From Candidatus Nanohaloarchaea archaeon (lineage in GTDB: Archaea; Nanohalarchaeota; Nanosalinia; Nanosalinales; Nanosalinaceae), in the NCBI GenBank assembly GCA_013343275.1, contig CP046106.1, forward strand, positions 480,001 to 544,000: DNA of 64,000 bases, written 5' to 3'. Positions 1-9,983 of the stretch are shown piece by piece. The position numbers and the translations under genes are program-made. Numbering within the stretch: position 1 is the first letter of the stretch; each line of letters begins with the position of its first letter. The notes below the pieces were generated by a model. That model saw only the letters and a program-made list of their open reading frames with translations. It did not search any database and was not told the DNA's origin.

Positions 1-1265
1 GTCAAACGGTCCATAAGCATGTCAAGGCTGTCGGCGTGGATAGTACTGAGTCCTGTGTGGCCTGTTGCCATCTGCTGGAACAGAATGTAGGCCTCTTCAC
101 CACGGACCTCACCGACGATAATGTACTCAGGTCTCTGACGTAGAGATTCCTTGAGCAGGTTATCCATCGATACCTCTCCACCTTCCTCAGCGGATGAACC
201 GAAACCTGAACGTGCTACCTCTGGCACCCAGTGCTCGTGTGGAAGCCTGAGCTCTGGCGTGTCCTCGATCGAGACAATCTTCTTGTCAGGCCTTATGAAC
301 AGAGATAATGCATTTAGCTGTGATGTCTTACCGGATCCTGTAGTTCCTGCAATCAGTATTGATTTTCCGTGTTCCACCAGTGTCCAGAGATAGCTGTACA
401 TCTGTGCGTTCTCCGTCTCGTAGTCCATCATGTGGATAGGAGTCAATGGGTCCTCTGTGAAACGACGGATCGTGAAGTTCGAACCTTTACGAGCAATGTC
501 AGTTGCCAGAGTGGCCTGTACACGGGAGCCATCCGGCAGCGAACCATCGAGAAGTGGGCTGGAGACCGAAATCGACCGGCCGCATCTCTGAGCCAGCTTC
601 ATGACAAACGCATCCAGCTCATCTTTCTCCTCCCAGACAATATCTGTCTTCACTGAGCCATATTTCGGGTTTCTGTGGTATGCATAGACAGGGATACCCT
701 TCCCGTCGCAGGAGATATCCTCTACCTCAGTGTCGTTCATCAGAGGCTGCAGTCTTCCGAGGCCCGCGAAATCCCTCTTTGTGTAGTACCGTATTACCTC
801 TTTCTGCTGACTGGTGACGTTCAGATTGTATTTATCGACAATAGTATCTATCTTCTTCTCCAGGTATTCGTCCGCGTCTCCGCTCTCAAGGTCGTTGAAG
901 TCTATATCGAAGCTTCTCTGCATGATTGAATGGACTTTATCAAGAAGCTGCTCTATCTGAGGAGTGATCTCTGGTTCAACAACTCTGTAAACCAATTCTT
1001 CCTCCTCTTCGCTCCAGGAAATATGGGCCCATGCATACACCATTTCGCCTTCATCCGGGTCTGCAGGAACTAATGGGTATGTAACATCTACATCTGTTAG
1101 ATCAGCTTCGTCCTGTCCTTCATCGATCATCTCAGGGCTGAACTCTCCCGGAGCAGGTACCGAGATACCTGGTTGATTCTGGGTTTCCTCTTCCTCGTCT
1201 TCATACCACTCCGGGTGTTTCATCTTCCGGAGCCTACCTATCAACCCGTTCAAGTTCGCAGACAT
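1..1265 (-). CDS. Type IV pilus/T2SS assembly ATPase (PilB/ArlI-like, VirB11 family), truncated by the window edge
   Basis: Not in the ORF track; translated by hand from ATG at 1265. Has EDISCDG, Walker A GTTGSGKT, SIEDTPEL, LRQRPEYIIVGEVRG and TGH..STIHA motifs. Confidence 0.93.
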   Translation of the reverse strand, partial: MSANLNGLIGRLRKMKHPEWYEDEEEETQNQPGISVPAPGEFSPEMIDEGQDEADLTDVDVTYPLVPADPDEGEMVYAWAHISWSEEEEELVYRVVEPEITPQIEQLLDKVHSIMQRSFDIDFNDLESGDADEYLEKKIDTIVDKYNLNVTSQQKEVIRYYTKRDFAGLGRLQPLMNDTEVEDISCDGKGIPVYAYHRNPKYGSVKTDIVWEEKDELDAFVMKLAQRCGRSISVSSPLLDGSLPDGSRVQATLATDIARKGSNFTIRRFTEDPLTPIHMMDYETENAQMYSYLWTLVEHGKSILIAGTTGSGKTSQLNALSLFIRPDKKIVSIEDTPELRLPHEHWVPEVARSGFGSSAEEGGEVSMDNLLKESLRQRPEYIIVGEVRGEEAYILFQQMATGHTGLSTIHADSLDMLMDRL

Positions 1266-1673
1266 CTATCTATCACTCAAGATCAATTTGTTTTGCTCCT
1301 TCAAAATACTTACTTCCCCGCCGTCGGCTGAACCGGAGAATCGATACGTGGAGTTCAGGTTTTCAAAACTGGTTACATACTCCTCATTTCCTACAAGTAC
1401 GAAGAACTTACCGTTCTCCAGATCCATCTGATAGGAGGAATCGCCTATACTATCAGGCAGATCAACAGCCACCGTCGCAGAACCGTTCTCTATATGGCCA
1501 ACAGATAAAAGGGCAGTAGCAACTTTGGACTGCACAGCATCTACCTGCGAGGACTCCACATCCTCCATAATACTATTCTGGAAAGTAGTGAAAGCAGTTA
1601 GAAGACCTAGAGCAACCATAAGGCCTATACCCAGAGATAGTACCGCCTCCACCGCTATAAACTGGCCTTTCAT
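1266..1673 (-). CDS. Pilin-like protein with class III signal peptide
   Basis: N-terminus MKG/QFIAVEAVLSLGIGL (KG cleavage motif then a hydrophobic helix); adjacent to the ATPase. Confidence 0.7.
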   Translation of the reverse strand: MKGQFIAVEAVLSLGIGLMVALGLLTAFTTFQNSIMEDVESSQVDAVQSKVATALLSVGHIENGSATVAVDLPDSIGDSSYQMDLENGKFFVLVGNEEYVTSFENLNSTYRFSGSADGGEVSILKEQNKLILSDR

Positions 1674-2353
1674 CCTAGATCTATGCTGATAACGTATCTC
1701 TTACGGTTTAAGGCCCTTCCAGAAGGCAATGTGACGGCCTCCGAACCCGTATCCATCCGGGTTCCTTCATTACGTATTCTTACAGTGGCGCCACCTGCAG
1801 CTTTTGTTCCTCCTGCAGCTACAAGGTCTATCTTTTCCAAACGAGAGCCAGAAGGTGTTTCTACATACATATTTCTGAACTCAATCCTGTAGGTCAGCAA
1901 AGTAGCTGAACCCCCAGTAGATTTCACCATGACTATCCCTGGAAGGTCTTTCCCGCTTATAGCATAGGCTCCGGTCTCTGCACTTGGTCTTATAGATATA
2001 TTTTGCAGACTGTCCCCTTTCAGAAATGTCCAGCGGTTGGCGTAGGGCGCGCTGCGGGAGGTACGGACCGTTACGTTGATGTAGTCTTTTTCAGAGTTAA
2101 CATTTACTCTGCGTATTGATGATTCCGAGTTCGGAAGCTTCAAGGGATACGGAGTTAATGTTCCTTCACCGGACTCCTTAACATCTATTATTTCCGAATA
2201 CAGGCCGACAACGTTATCTTCTATATTTGATACTGTTGCTTGGCCCTGTCGTTTCTCGAGTATAGGCGTTCCCCATACGTAGACAGATGCCACAGCACCT
2301 ATTGTAAGACCGGTGACTAGAATTGCAGTTACTGCAGTTGTCTGGCCTTTCAT
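1670..2353 (-). CDS. Pilin-like protein with class III signal peptide
   Basis: MKG/QTTAVTAILVTGL followed by a hydrophobic helix; operon context. Confidence 0.7.
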   Translation of the reverse strand: MKGQTTAVTAILVTGLTIGAVASVYVWGTPILEKRQGQATVSNIEDNVVGLYSEIIDVKESGEGTLTPYPLKLPNSESSIRRVNVNSEKDYINVTVRTSRSAPYANRWTFLKGDSLQNISIRPSAETGAYAISGKDLPGIVMVKSTGGSATLLTYRIEFRNMYVETPSGSRLEKIDLVAAGGTKAAGGATVRIRNEGTRMDTGSEAVTLPSGRALNRKRYVISIDLG

Positions 2354-2411
2354 GTAATCAGGATAATCAGAGATAGAATATAAAATGAGGGGAAATGAAA
2401 AGTAAGGAAGT

Positions 2412-2942
2412 TTAGCAGCCTACTGAGCTACTGGTCTGTGGATCACATGTCCATGGTCCGAAGCTCTTTGCCGCTCCATCCATACTAACTGATATGCCTA
2501 TTGAGTTAGCTGCTGAAGGCCACTCAATACCGGTATTACAGGTATACTTCTCTCCTGGATTCACAAGTTTGTAGTTGCTCTGCTCAAAGCAGTTCTTAGC
2601 TGTATCACTGAAGGTGAAAGGTGTTGATGCTAGTGCACGCCCGGAAACTGCCGAGCCTGTACCCTGCGGCACGTAGGACATGCTGAACTCAGTACTGTTC
2701 CACGCTACACTTCCTACGTTAGACAATGTAATATTGACATATGCCGGAGAGCCACTGGTCTTGTAGAGGCTCTCCATATTCATATCCGTATTCCTAATCT
2801 GCTGCTGCTGGTTCACCTGCTGGCCAGGATTCCCGATTAGGCTTTGGAACTGAGTGTATACAACTCCTACCGCTCCTACAGTTATGAGAAGTAGTAGAAC
2901 AATAGCAATTACAGGCGTTATACCTTTCCTCTTTGTTAGCAT
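2412..2942 (-). CDS. Archaeal type IV pilin
   Basis: Classic KRKG/ITPVIAIVLLLLIT pilin N-terminus; several NxS/T sequons and Cys pairs. Confidence 0.88.
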   Translation of the reverse strand: MLTKRKGITPVIAIVLLLLITVGAVGVVYTQFQSLIGNPGQQVNQQQQIRNTDMNMESLYKTSGSPAYVNITLSNVGSVAWNSTEFSMSYVPQGTGSAVSGRALASTPFTFSDTAKNCFEQSNYKLVNPGEKYTCNTGIEWPSAANSIGISVSMDGAAKSFGPWTCDPQTSSSVGC

Positions 2943-2994
2943 GATACCACTTATATCCTAGATTCCTTCTGCCTACTTAAATAGTTTTTTCGAC

Positions 2995-3477
2995 TTAACA
3001 GGAGTCTTCGCCGTTACTGTTGCTGCAGACTATCGAGGAGGAAGTATCGTACTGACCTCTCAGGACGATAGTAGTTGAACTCCCTACAGCAGGATAGGCC
3101 TTCATAGTATCTATAGTAACAGTATCTCCTGGATCAAGGGCGTTGTCCGACGGTGCACCGTAAGCATAGGTCCAGGATAACTTGTTGCCGTCCGAGTATA
3201 TATTCCAGAGCTTAACCCCGTCTTCCTCAGTAGCCAGAGTCATATCCCCATCATTTGTTACTTCAAGCCAGATATTACCGTTGCTACCTCTGTAACCGTA
3301 CTCTATACTTAACTCAGCTTTCTGCTCTTTGCTATCTACTCCTAATCTCTCCTTAACTCCTTCCCCAACATCGTCGACAGTATCGCTGAGAAAGATAGCT
3401 GAAGTAGAAACTGTGGCTATGCTGATAAGCAGAAGTAAGGAAGTTGCAACTACAGGAGTGACTCCTTTTCTATTCAT
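2995..3477 (-). CDS. Archaeal type IV pilin
   Basis: Probable start MNRKG/VTPVVATSLLLLI at 3477; C-terminal Cys pair. Confidence 0.85.
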   Translation of the reverse strand: MNRKGVTPVVATSLLLLISIATVSTSAIFLSDTVDDVGEGVKERLGVDSKEQKAELSIEYGYRGSNGNIWLEVTNDGDMTLATEEDGVKLWNIYSDGNKLSWTYAYGAPSDNALDPGDTVTIDTMKAYPAVGSSTTIVLRGQYDTSSSIVCSNSNGEDSC

Positions 3478-4087
3478 TTTGATTATTGCCGTTACCTGAT
3501 CCAAACCTTTCTTTTAACTGCCTGACTCTCTCAGAGCTTTGGCCTCCAGAGTTATTTTGCTGCCTGCTCTGAGCATTACCTGATCTCTGCTGCCTGCCTC
3601 CTCCCTGAGCCATTCCGGCCTGCCGGAGGTTATTGTTTATATTCTGCAGATGGTTGATAACCTCTTCATTAGATGACTGAATATCCTGGGCCACATCATC
3701 CATCTTGTTACCTATGGCATCGGCGATTCTGCCTTCCATATCGCCAACCATTTCTCCTTCCATATCCATCTCGGAGGCCTCGTGAAGAAGGTCCATGAAT
3801 GAGTTCATGTTGTCAACTACCTCGTCCATCTTATGTGTCAGGTCTTCGACTTCGTTCTTCAACTCGTGAGTGGACTCAGTCATATCGTTGACGATTTTCT
3901 GGTTGGATTTCATTATGTCAAGAACATCACGGATAAGCTCATCGTTGCTTCCGCCAGCATTCTGCTGGGCCTGTTCCTGCATTTCATCAATTCTTCTTTC
4001 AAGTTTTCTGATAGGGCCAACTGGCACCATTTCATAGTCGTCATGCCCTTCGTCGTCGCCCAGTTCAACCTCGCTTCTTTTTGACAT
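3470..4087 (-). CDS. Hypothetical coiled-coil protein at the head of the pilin operon
   Basis: 205 aa acidic heptad-rich ORF with a Q/G/N-rich tail; overlaps the pilin start. Confidence 0.7.
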   Translation of the reverse strand: MSKRSEVELGDDEGHDDYEMVPVGPIRKLERRIDEMQEQAQQNAGGSNDELIRDVLDIMKSNQKIVNDMTESTHELKNEVEDLTHKMDEVVDNMNSFMDLLHEASEMDMEGEMVGDMEGRIADAIGNKMDDVAQDIQSSNEEVINHLQNINNNLRQAGMAQGGGRQQRSGNAQSRQQNNSGGQSSERVRQLKERFGSGNGNNQNE

Positions 4088-4181
4088 AGTTAGGAGAACC
4101 TCTCTTATTGAAGAATAAGGTAGAAGCCGGTATTTATAATCAAGGGAAGAAAAAGAAATGAAATCTTTAGAGATGGGAGGG

Positions 4182-5867
4182 CTACATCATTCCTCCCATA
4201 CCGCCCATTCCTCCGCCAGGCATTCCGCCGGCGCCGCCTCCTGGGCCTCCTTCTGGTTCACTGTCGTCGGAGCTGAATCCTGAGGCAGAGATTACGTCGT
4301 CGATTCTGAGAATCATCTCTGCGGATTCTGATGCAGAGGTGACGGCCTGTGTCTTGATCTGTAGCGGTTCGACTACGCCCTGGTCAAAGAGTTTCTGGGA
4401 GCTGCCAGACGTTACGTCGAGGCCGGCCCATACCTGGCCTTCGTCATGTTTGTTTCTGAGATCGACCAGAGAGTCGATTGGGTCGTAGCCTGCGTTTTCT
4501 GCCAGGGTGCGCGGTACTACTTCCAGTGCATCGGCGAAGGCATTGATTGCGAGCTGTTCTCTGCCTCCTACGCTGTCAGCGTAGTCTCGGAGTTCCTGTG
4601 CAAGTTCTACTTCTGTTGCTCCGCCACCCCCTACTACTTTGCCATTTCTGAGGGCGGACGCTGCTCCACCGATTGCGTCTTCCATTGCTCTTTCTATCTC
4701 GTCGACTACGTGTTCTGTTCCTCCTCTTACAAGGATAGTAACGGATTTTGCAGCCGGGCAGTCCTGTACAAATGTCATCGCGTCGCCGCCGACAACTTTT
4801 TCCTGTACGGAGCCTGCTTTTCCGAGATCTGAGGCCTCTATGTCTTCTATATTTGTTACAATGTTTGCTCCTGTGGCCCGGGAGAGCTTTTCGATGTCTT
4901 TGGTTGATACCCTTCTGATTGCTGTGATTCCTTTCTTGGCAAGGTAGTGCTGTGCGATGTCGTCGATACCTTTCTGACAGAGAACTACATCTGCTCCTGC
5001 TTCGTCAAGTGCATCTACCATCTCCTTGAGCTGTTCTTCTTCCTGTTCGACGAAGTTCTTCATCTGGCTTGGATCGGAGATATTGATCTCTGCGTCAGTC
5101 TCTGTTTCCTTAACTTCGATTGCTGTATTCAGGAGCGCGATATCTGCGTCTTCGACTTCTGTAGGCATTCCGGTATGTACTCTATCCTTGTTTAGGATTA
5201 CTCCCTGTACAAGTTCTGTGTCCTCTACAGTTCCGCCCTGGCTTTTCTCCAGCTTGATCATTTCTCTGTCGATGACAAACTCATCTTCTCTCTCCTCTGC
5301 TACTTGCTTAACTGCGTCAACAGCGATCTCTGCCAGGTAGTCACGGGCTGTCTCTGCTGATTTGCCAGTCATAGACGTCATGGCTACTTTTTCAAGAGTT
5401 TCATCGTCGTCAAGCGATACATCTTCTGCGATATCGTTGAGAACTCTTGTTGCTCGCTCTCTGGCCTTACGGTAGCCTTTAGTTATGATTGTTGGATGGA
5501 TTTCCTGGTCCAGGAGATCCTCTGCCTGTTTCAGCAGCTCTCCGGAAAGTACTACTGCAGTTGTTGTTCCATCTCCGACTTCTTCTTCCTGAGTCTGTGC
5601 GACCTCGACCATCATCTTGGCGGCCGGATGCTCGAGATCCATTTCTTCAAGTATTGTTACACCGTCATTGGTCACTACAAGATCTCCTACGGAATCGACC
5701 ATCATCTTGTCCATTCCTTTAGGGCCTAGAGTAGTTCTTACTGCTTTTGCGACGGTTTTGCATGCATTAATATTGTTTTCCTGAGCGTCTTCTCCAGACT
5801 GTCTTTGGGTATCTTCCGACATTACGAAGATTGGCTGTCCTCCTAGTCCTGGCATAGAATTATTCAC
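4182..5867 (-). CDS. ths: Thermosome (group II chaperonin) subunit
   Basis: [16 protein letters not shown] and a GGM-repeat tail. Confidence 0.97.
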   Translation of the reverse strand: MNNSMPGLGGQPIFVMSEDTQRQSGEDAQENNINACKTVAKAVRTTLGPKGMDKMMVDSVGDLVVTNDGVTILEEMDLEHPAAKMMVEVAQTQEEEVGDGTTTAVVLSGELLKQAEDLLDQEIHPTIITKGYRKARERATRVLNDIAEDVSLDDDETLEKVAMTSMTGKSAETARDYLAEIAVDAVKQVAEEREDEFVIDREMIKLEKSQGGTVEDTELVQGVILNKDRVHTGMPTEVEDADIALLNTAIEVKETETDAEINISDPSQMKNFVEQEEEQLKEMVDALDEAGADVVLCQKGIDDIAQHYLAKKGITAIRRVSTKDIEKLSRATGANIVTNIEDIEASDLGKAGSVQEKVVGGDAMTFVQDCPAAKSVTILVRGGTEHVVDEIERAMEDAIGGAASALRNGKVVGGGGATEVELAQELRDYADSVGGREQLAINAFADALEVVPRTLAENAGYDPIDSLVDLRNKHDEGQVWAGLDVTSGSSQKLFDQGVVEPLQIKTQAVTSASESAEMILRIDDVISASGFSSDDSEPEGGPGGGAGGMPGGGMGGMGGMM

Positions 5868-5941
5868 CTATTTTCATAGACATGTACAAAAAAATAAAAG
5901 ACTGTCTGTTGCCAGAAAATTGTCACAATACAGAGGGCCTT

Positions 5942-7804
5942 CTACTCAAGCGCTTTCTCCAGCTCTTCCTGCAAGATCTTCGATACAGTCCCTCCATCAG
6001 CCTCTACACGGCCCATCACCTGACCCATCAGGGCTCCCTGCGCATGCATGCCTTGCTCTTCGACCATCTCCTCTTTCTGATCTATTACTTCTCTGACAAC
6101 CTTTCTGATCTCTTCTTCAGAAGTCTTGCTCTCGGAAATTTCTTCTATAATTACTTCAACAGATTTACCTGTGCTGTTAAACTCCGAGACAAGCTCTTTC
6201 AGATCATCGTTCGATATCTTTCCTTCATCAAGCCCTCCAAGAATCTTGGAGTACTGCTCGTGGCCTAGGTCTTCTATATCGACTTCTTTCTCTAGGACAG
6301 AGTAGATATTGGTGAAAAAGTTTGCTACAAGCTTTTCATCATACTCGTCCTTGAACTTTTCGAACAACGGTAGCCTCTCGCTATATACTATCTGGGAAGC
6401 CAGTTCTCCGCCTATAATTTCCGAATATCTGTCTTCTCTTTCCTCGAGAGTGTCCGGCAGGTTCTGATCGATTTCCTGAACATCTTCCTCAGTAACTCTT
6501 ACCGCCGGTATATCGGTCTCAGGATACATCCGGGCGCTGCCTGGCAGAGGCCTTGCATAGCTGGTGGTAAAGTTCTGCTCAGCAGTCCTGGTTTCTTCCG
6601 GTACTTCTCCCTTATACAGTAGTTTTGCTCTATCTTTTACTGCCTGTGCTGCGGCCTTTGCCTGATCTTTCTCGGCAGCGATGACCGTGACTACATCTTC
6701 GTCATTTTTATCGAATACATCGGCTAGCTCTGAGAATTCTTCCGTCAGGCCGTAGTTTTCAAGGTCCTCATCTGTATGCAGTATTCCCTGCACTCCACGG
6801 GATTTCGCGTAGTCAACTAGCTCCTTGGCCACATATCTGTCTCCAGAGATCTTCTGCTTCATCTTACCTGTCAGGCCCGGGAGCTTCATTGCATATACTG
6901 CACCGTTGTTTTCCAGTACTGTAGAAATTATCTCATTATCTGTACTTTCGAAGACAGAAGTTACATTGTCAGCTACAATTTCCTGTTTTTCAAGCTGTTC
7001 TCCCAGCTCGACTAGGTTTTTCTGACGCTGGACTTCGTTCTCTATCACTTTATCGATATTCTCTACATCCTGGAATCCTTTGATCTCTACCCGAGAGCCT
7101 TCCTCGATAGAGACGTTGACGTCCTGTCTGATTGTACCGATTCCTCTGCGGGCTTTTCCTGTTGACCGGAGAAGCATACCTATCTTCTTGGCTACTTCAC
7201 GCGCATGCTCCGGGTTCTGGATCGAGGCATCGGTTCCTACCTCCACAAGAGGAACACCAAGCCTGTTGAGATCATAGAGAGCCTTATCTCCGTCCCTCTC
7301 ATGTATTCCAGCGGATTCCTCCTCCAGCTCGATGTCATCGATGTTTACTGTACCGGTCTCGGTCTCCAGTTTGCCGCCAAGGCCTATCATTGCTGTTCTC
7401 TGGAAGCCTGAGGTGTTGGAGCCATCCACCACCATTTTACGCATGACCTGGACCTCATCCGGAACATCTGCGTCAACCATACGTGTAAATATGAGAGCCG
7501 TCTCCAGGGCCTCTTCGTCGATGCTGTGCGGAGGTTCTTCATCGAGTTCTACGAGGCAGTTGTTGCGGTTATAGTATTTGTAGATGTATTTCTTGGATTG
7601 TTCTGCTGCTACTTCGGCGGCCTCGTCTTTCTCTCCGGTCTCTCCAGCTACTGCTCTGAGGTATCTGCTAACTCTGTGATCTGCGGCCTCGTCCTGAAGG
7701 TCTACAGGGCAGTCGCAGAAAAGTTTTGTCTCTGTTGCAAGCTGCTGGTGTATTTCGATTCCGCATTTGAAGCCTAGTTCTTCATAGTTAAGATTATTTG
7801 ACAA
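5942..7804 (-). CDS. gatE: Glu-tRNA(Gln) amidotransferase subunit E
   Basis: GIEIHQQL, MRKMVVDGSNTSGFQRT and RMYPETD motifs. Confidence 0.96.
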   Translation of the reverse strand: MSNNLNYEELGFKCGIEIHQQLATETKLFCDCPVDLQDEAADHRVSRYLRAVAGETGEKDEAAEVAAEQSKKYIYKYYNRNNCLVELDEEPPHSIDEEALETALIFTRMVDADVPDEVQVMRKMVVDGSNTSGFQRTAMIGLGGKLETETGTVNIDDIELEEESAGIHERDGDKALYDLNRLGVPLVEVGTDASIQNPEHAREVAKKIGMLLRSTGKARRGIGTIRQDVNVSIEEGSRVEIKGFQDVENIDKVIENEVQRQKNLVELGEQLEKQEIVADNVTSVFESTDNEIISTVLENNGAVYAMKLPGLTGKMKQKISGDRYVAKELVDYAKSRGVQGILHTDEDLENYGLTEEFSELADVFDKNDEDVVTVIAAEKDQAKAAAQAVKDRAKLLYKGEVPEETRTAEQNFTTSYARPLPGSARMYPETDIPAVRVTEEDVQEIDQNLPDTLEEREDRYSEIIGGELASQIVYSERLPLFEKFKDEYDEKLVANFFTNIYSVLEKEVDIEDLGHEQYSKILGGLDEGKISNDDLKELVSEFNSTGKSVEVIIEEISESKTSEEEIRKVVREVIDQKEEMVEEQGMHAQGALMGQVMGRVEADGGTVSKILQEELEKALE

Positions 7805-8330
7805 GATCTCTCACCTTCTCTCTGAGTTCTTCTTCCTCTATATCTTCGTTTTTGATAATGTAGTCGCTTAGAGACATCATCTTCCCGACACCGTTCTGGA
7901 TTTCTCTCAGGTCTCTCTCCTCGAAGCCATCTCCTTCGACATCCTCATCTCTCTGGCGAGCCTCTCTCCGTTTCCTGCGGGTTTCACGCGAGGCCCATAC
8001 AGCCACTACATCAATTTCTTCCTCTATCTCTTTCTCAAATCTTTTCTTTTCATCCCAGCCTCTCATACCGGTAATCACTATCTTATCTCTTTCATCAATT
8101 ATTTCCTGGAGATAAGGAATACTGAGTTGGGCGATCGCATCCATTCCGTGTTCCTCTCGCATAGAGTTCACGAAGTCTCCTGTAGAGGCGGTTTCAAGGT
8201 TTCTTTTCTGCATCTCTGTTCTCACTACATCTCCCATGTCAAGGACTACGAATCCTTCTTCCTCAAGCATTTCAGCGACAGTGGTTTTTCCTGCAAGAGG
8301 CATTCCTGTTACTCCGTATATTTCTGTCAT
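7794..8330 (-). CDS. P-loop kinase, UPF0200/dephospho-CoA kinase-like
   Basis: GVTGMPLAGKTT, MGDVVR and ERDLREI motifs. Confidence 0.8.
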   Translation of the reverse strand: MTEIYGVTGMPLAGKTTVAEMLEEEGFVVLDMGDVVRTEMQKRNLETASTGDFVNSMREEHGMDAIAQLSIPYLQEIIDERDKIVITGMRGWDEKKRFEKEIEEEIDVVAVWASRETRRKRREARQRDEDVEGDGFEERDLREIQNGVGKMMSLSDYIIKNEDIEEEELREKVRDLVK

Positions 8331-8585
8331 CTAGGCCGACCTCTTGACTTCGTCTCGTATCATTGATTTAGCTACCTGGTACTCTGTAAAGTCATCTATT
8401 TCGATCTGGTCAAATCCCTGCTGGTTCATGAACTGTTTCGGATTATCCAGCTCCTTCCCGTTATCGTAGGAGACTACCAGCGCGAACTCTCTGAGAATAT
8501 CGAAAACCCTCTCCTTCTTACCGCTTTCAAGGAATTTCTTGGCTTTCTTGTCGAATTCATCCAGCATATCGTCTTCACTCATCAT
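8331..8585 (-). CDS. Small hypothetical protein
   Basis: 84 aa acidic ORF tightly coupled between gatD and the kinase. Confidence 0.65.
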   Translation of the reverse strand: MMSEDDMLDEFDKKAKKFLESGKKERVFDILREFALVVSYDNGKELDNPKQFMNQQGFDQIEIDDFTEYQVAKSMIRDEVKRSA

Positions 8586-9867
8586 ACATCGACCGCATCG
8601 TTACTTCTCCAGCGAGATTACTAGTCAGGTCTTCTTCAGGATTTTCAGAGTTCTCAAGAACCCACATCAGTTTGACATATGCTAACTCCGGATGCATGTC
8701 TTCAGCTGAGATAACTCCTGCATCCCGGATTTTAAGGCCTGTATCGTAGACATCCATGTCGATTCTTCCGAACAGGCACTGGGAGGTCATTACGACAATA
8801 GTATCCTCTGCAAGTTCTTCCAGCTTCTCCAGAATTTCTTCATGATGATCGGTCTCTCCATCCTCAAGATTGTTGACCGGTAAGTGCCCGAGGCCTGTTC
8901 CCTCAAGTACAACACCATCGTAATCCTGTTCAATCAGGAAGTCGATCTCCTCAGGGCCCATTCCCGGCCTTGTCTTCAGGAAGCCCACGTTCTCGTTCAG
9001 TTCAGTATTCTTTTCGTACTCCTCACTTGAGGCCTCGAAATTTTCCTCTACCTCGCCTGTCTCGTAGTTTACTCTTCCAAGAGCTGTTTCGTTAACGGCC
9101 TCAAACGCGTCTCTCCGGGATGTATGCATTTTACGGGCCTTGTGTGGCGGCAGAATGTTGCAGTAATTGTCGCTGCTGGTTTCATGCATGCAGATTCCAA
9201 ATCCTGTAAAGTCCGTTTCTTTCAGGAACTTTGATGCGCAGTACATGTTCATTGCTGCGTCGCTGGAAGGCCTGTCCGAGGATCTCTGCGATCCAACAAT
9301 CATGACGCCTGTGTCGATGTTCTGAAGCATAAGGCTGAGAGCTGCTCCTGTGTAGGCCATTGTATCAGTTCCGTGGCCTAGAATTATTCCGTCGTAGCTG
9401 TCTTTTTCTTCATCTATTTTTTCGGCAATCTGCTGCCAGTGAGCCGGCTCCATGTCTTCTGAAAACATCTGGGCCACGACCTTGCTGTGGATATTCACTT
9501 CATCGGCCAGTTCCGGGTACATTTCGAGGAGATCTTCCGGGTCGAAGGCCGGTTTGACTCCTCCTTCTTCGTATGATACTCTGGAGGCTATTGTTCCGCC
9601 CGTGTGTAGAATTAGTATTTCGGGCCTGTCTTCGTTGTGTTCTATTTCTCGGCCTTTTCTTTCGGAAGATTCGTTTTTCTCTACTAGTTCGATGTTTTCT
9701 GGTTCGAGGCCTATGTTGTATCCTGAGTCCAGTTTAAGCACTATTACTTCAGGGTCGCCGCTTTCTGGTTTCGGCATCAGTCGGCCTTCTCTATCGTTTA
9801 CTTTTACTGTGTCGCCGACTTCAATGTTGTTCTCTTCCAGCTGGGCCTGTATCTGTTCAGAATACAT
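8575..9867 (-). CDS. gatD: Glu-tRNA(Gln) amidotransferase subunit D
   Basis: KLDSGYNIG N-domain, TGGTIAS, HGTDT and GSQRSSDRPSSD motifs. Confidence 0.96.
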   Translation of the reverse strand: MYSEQIQAQLEENNIEVGDTVKVNDREGRLMPKPESGDPEVIVLKLDSGYNIGLEPENIELVEKNESSERKGREIEHNEDRPEILILHTGGTIASRVSYEEGGVKPAFDPEDLLEMYPELADEVNIHSKVVAQMFSEDMEPAHWQQIAEKIDEEKDSYDGIILGHGTDTMAYTGAALSLMLQNIDTGVMIVGSQRSSDRPSSDAAMNMYCASKFLKETDFTGFGICMHETSSDNYCNILPPHKARKMHTSRRDAFEAVNETALGRVNYETGEVEENFEASSEEYEKNTELNENVGFLKTRPGMGPEEIDFLIEQDYDGVVLEGTGLGHLPVNNLEDGETDHHEEILEKLEELAEDTIVVMTSQCLFGRIDMDVYDTGLKIRDAGVISAEDMHPELAYVKLMWVLENSENPEEDLTSNLAGEVTMRSMYDE

Positions 9868-9983
9868 CTGAAACTGGTTGGAATATGAAAGCTTAATAAT
9901 CTAAACGGAGCCGGCGTTTTTTCTGGCCCGTTTTATAAAGTTTGCATCGGCATTGTTCTAGTATAAAAGGTGAAAATCACTTT

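Noticed and set aside
151-929. Short plus-strand ORFs
   Set aside because: Antisense to the pilus ATPase.
4182-4260. GGM-coding repeats at the thermosome 3' end
   Set aside because: Ordinary chaperonin C-terminal tail.
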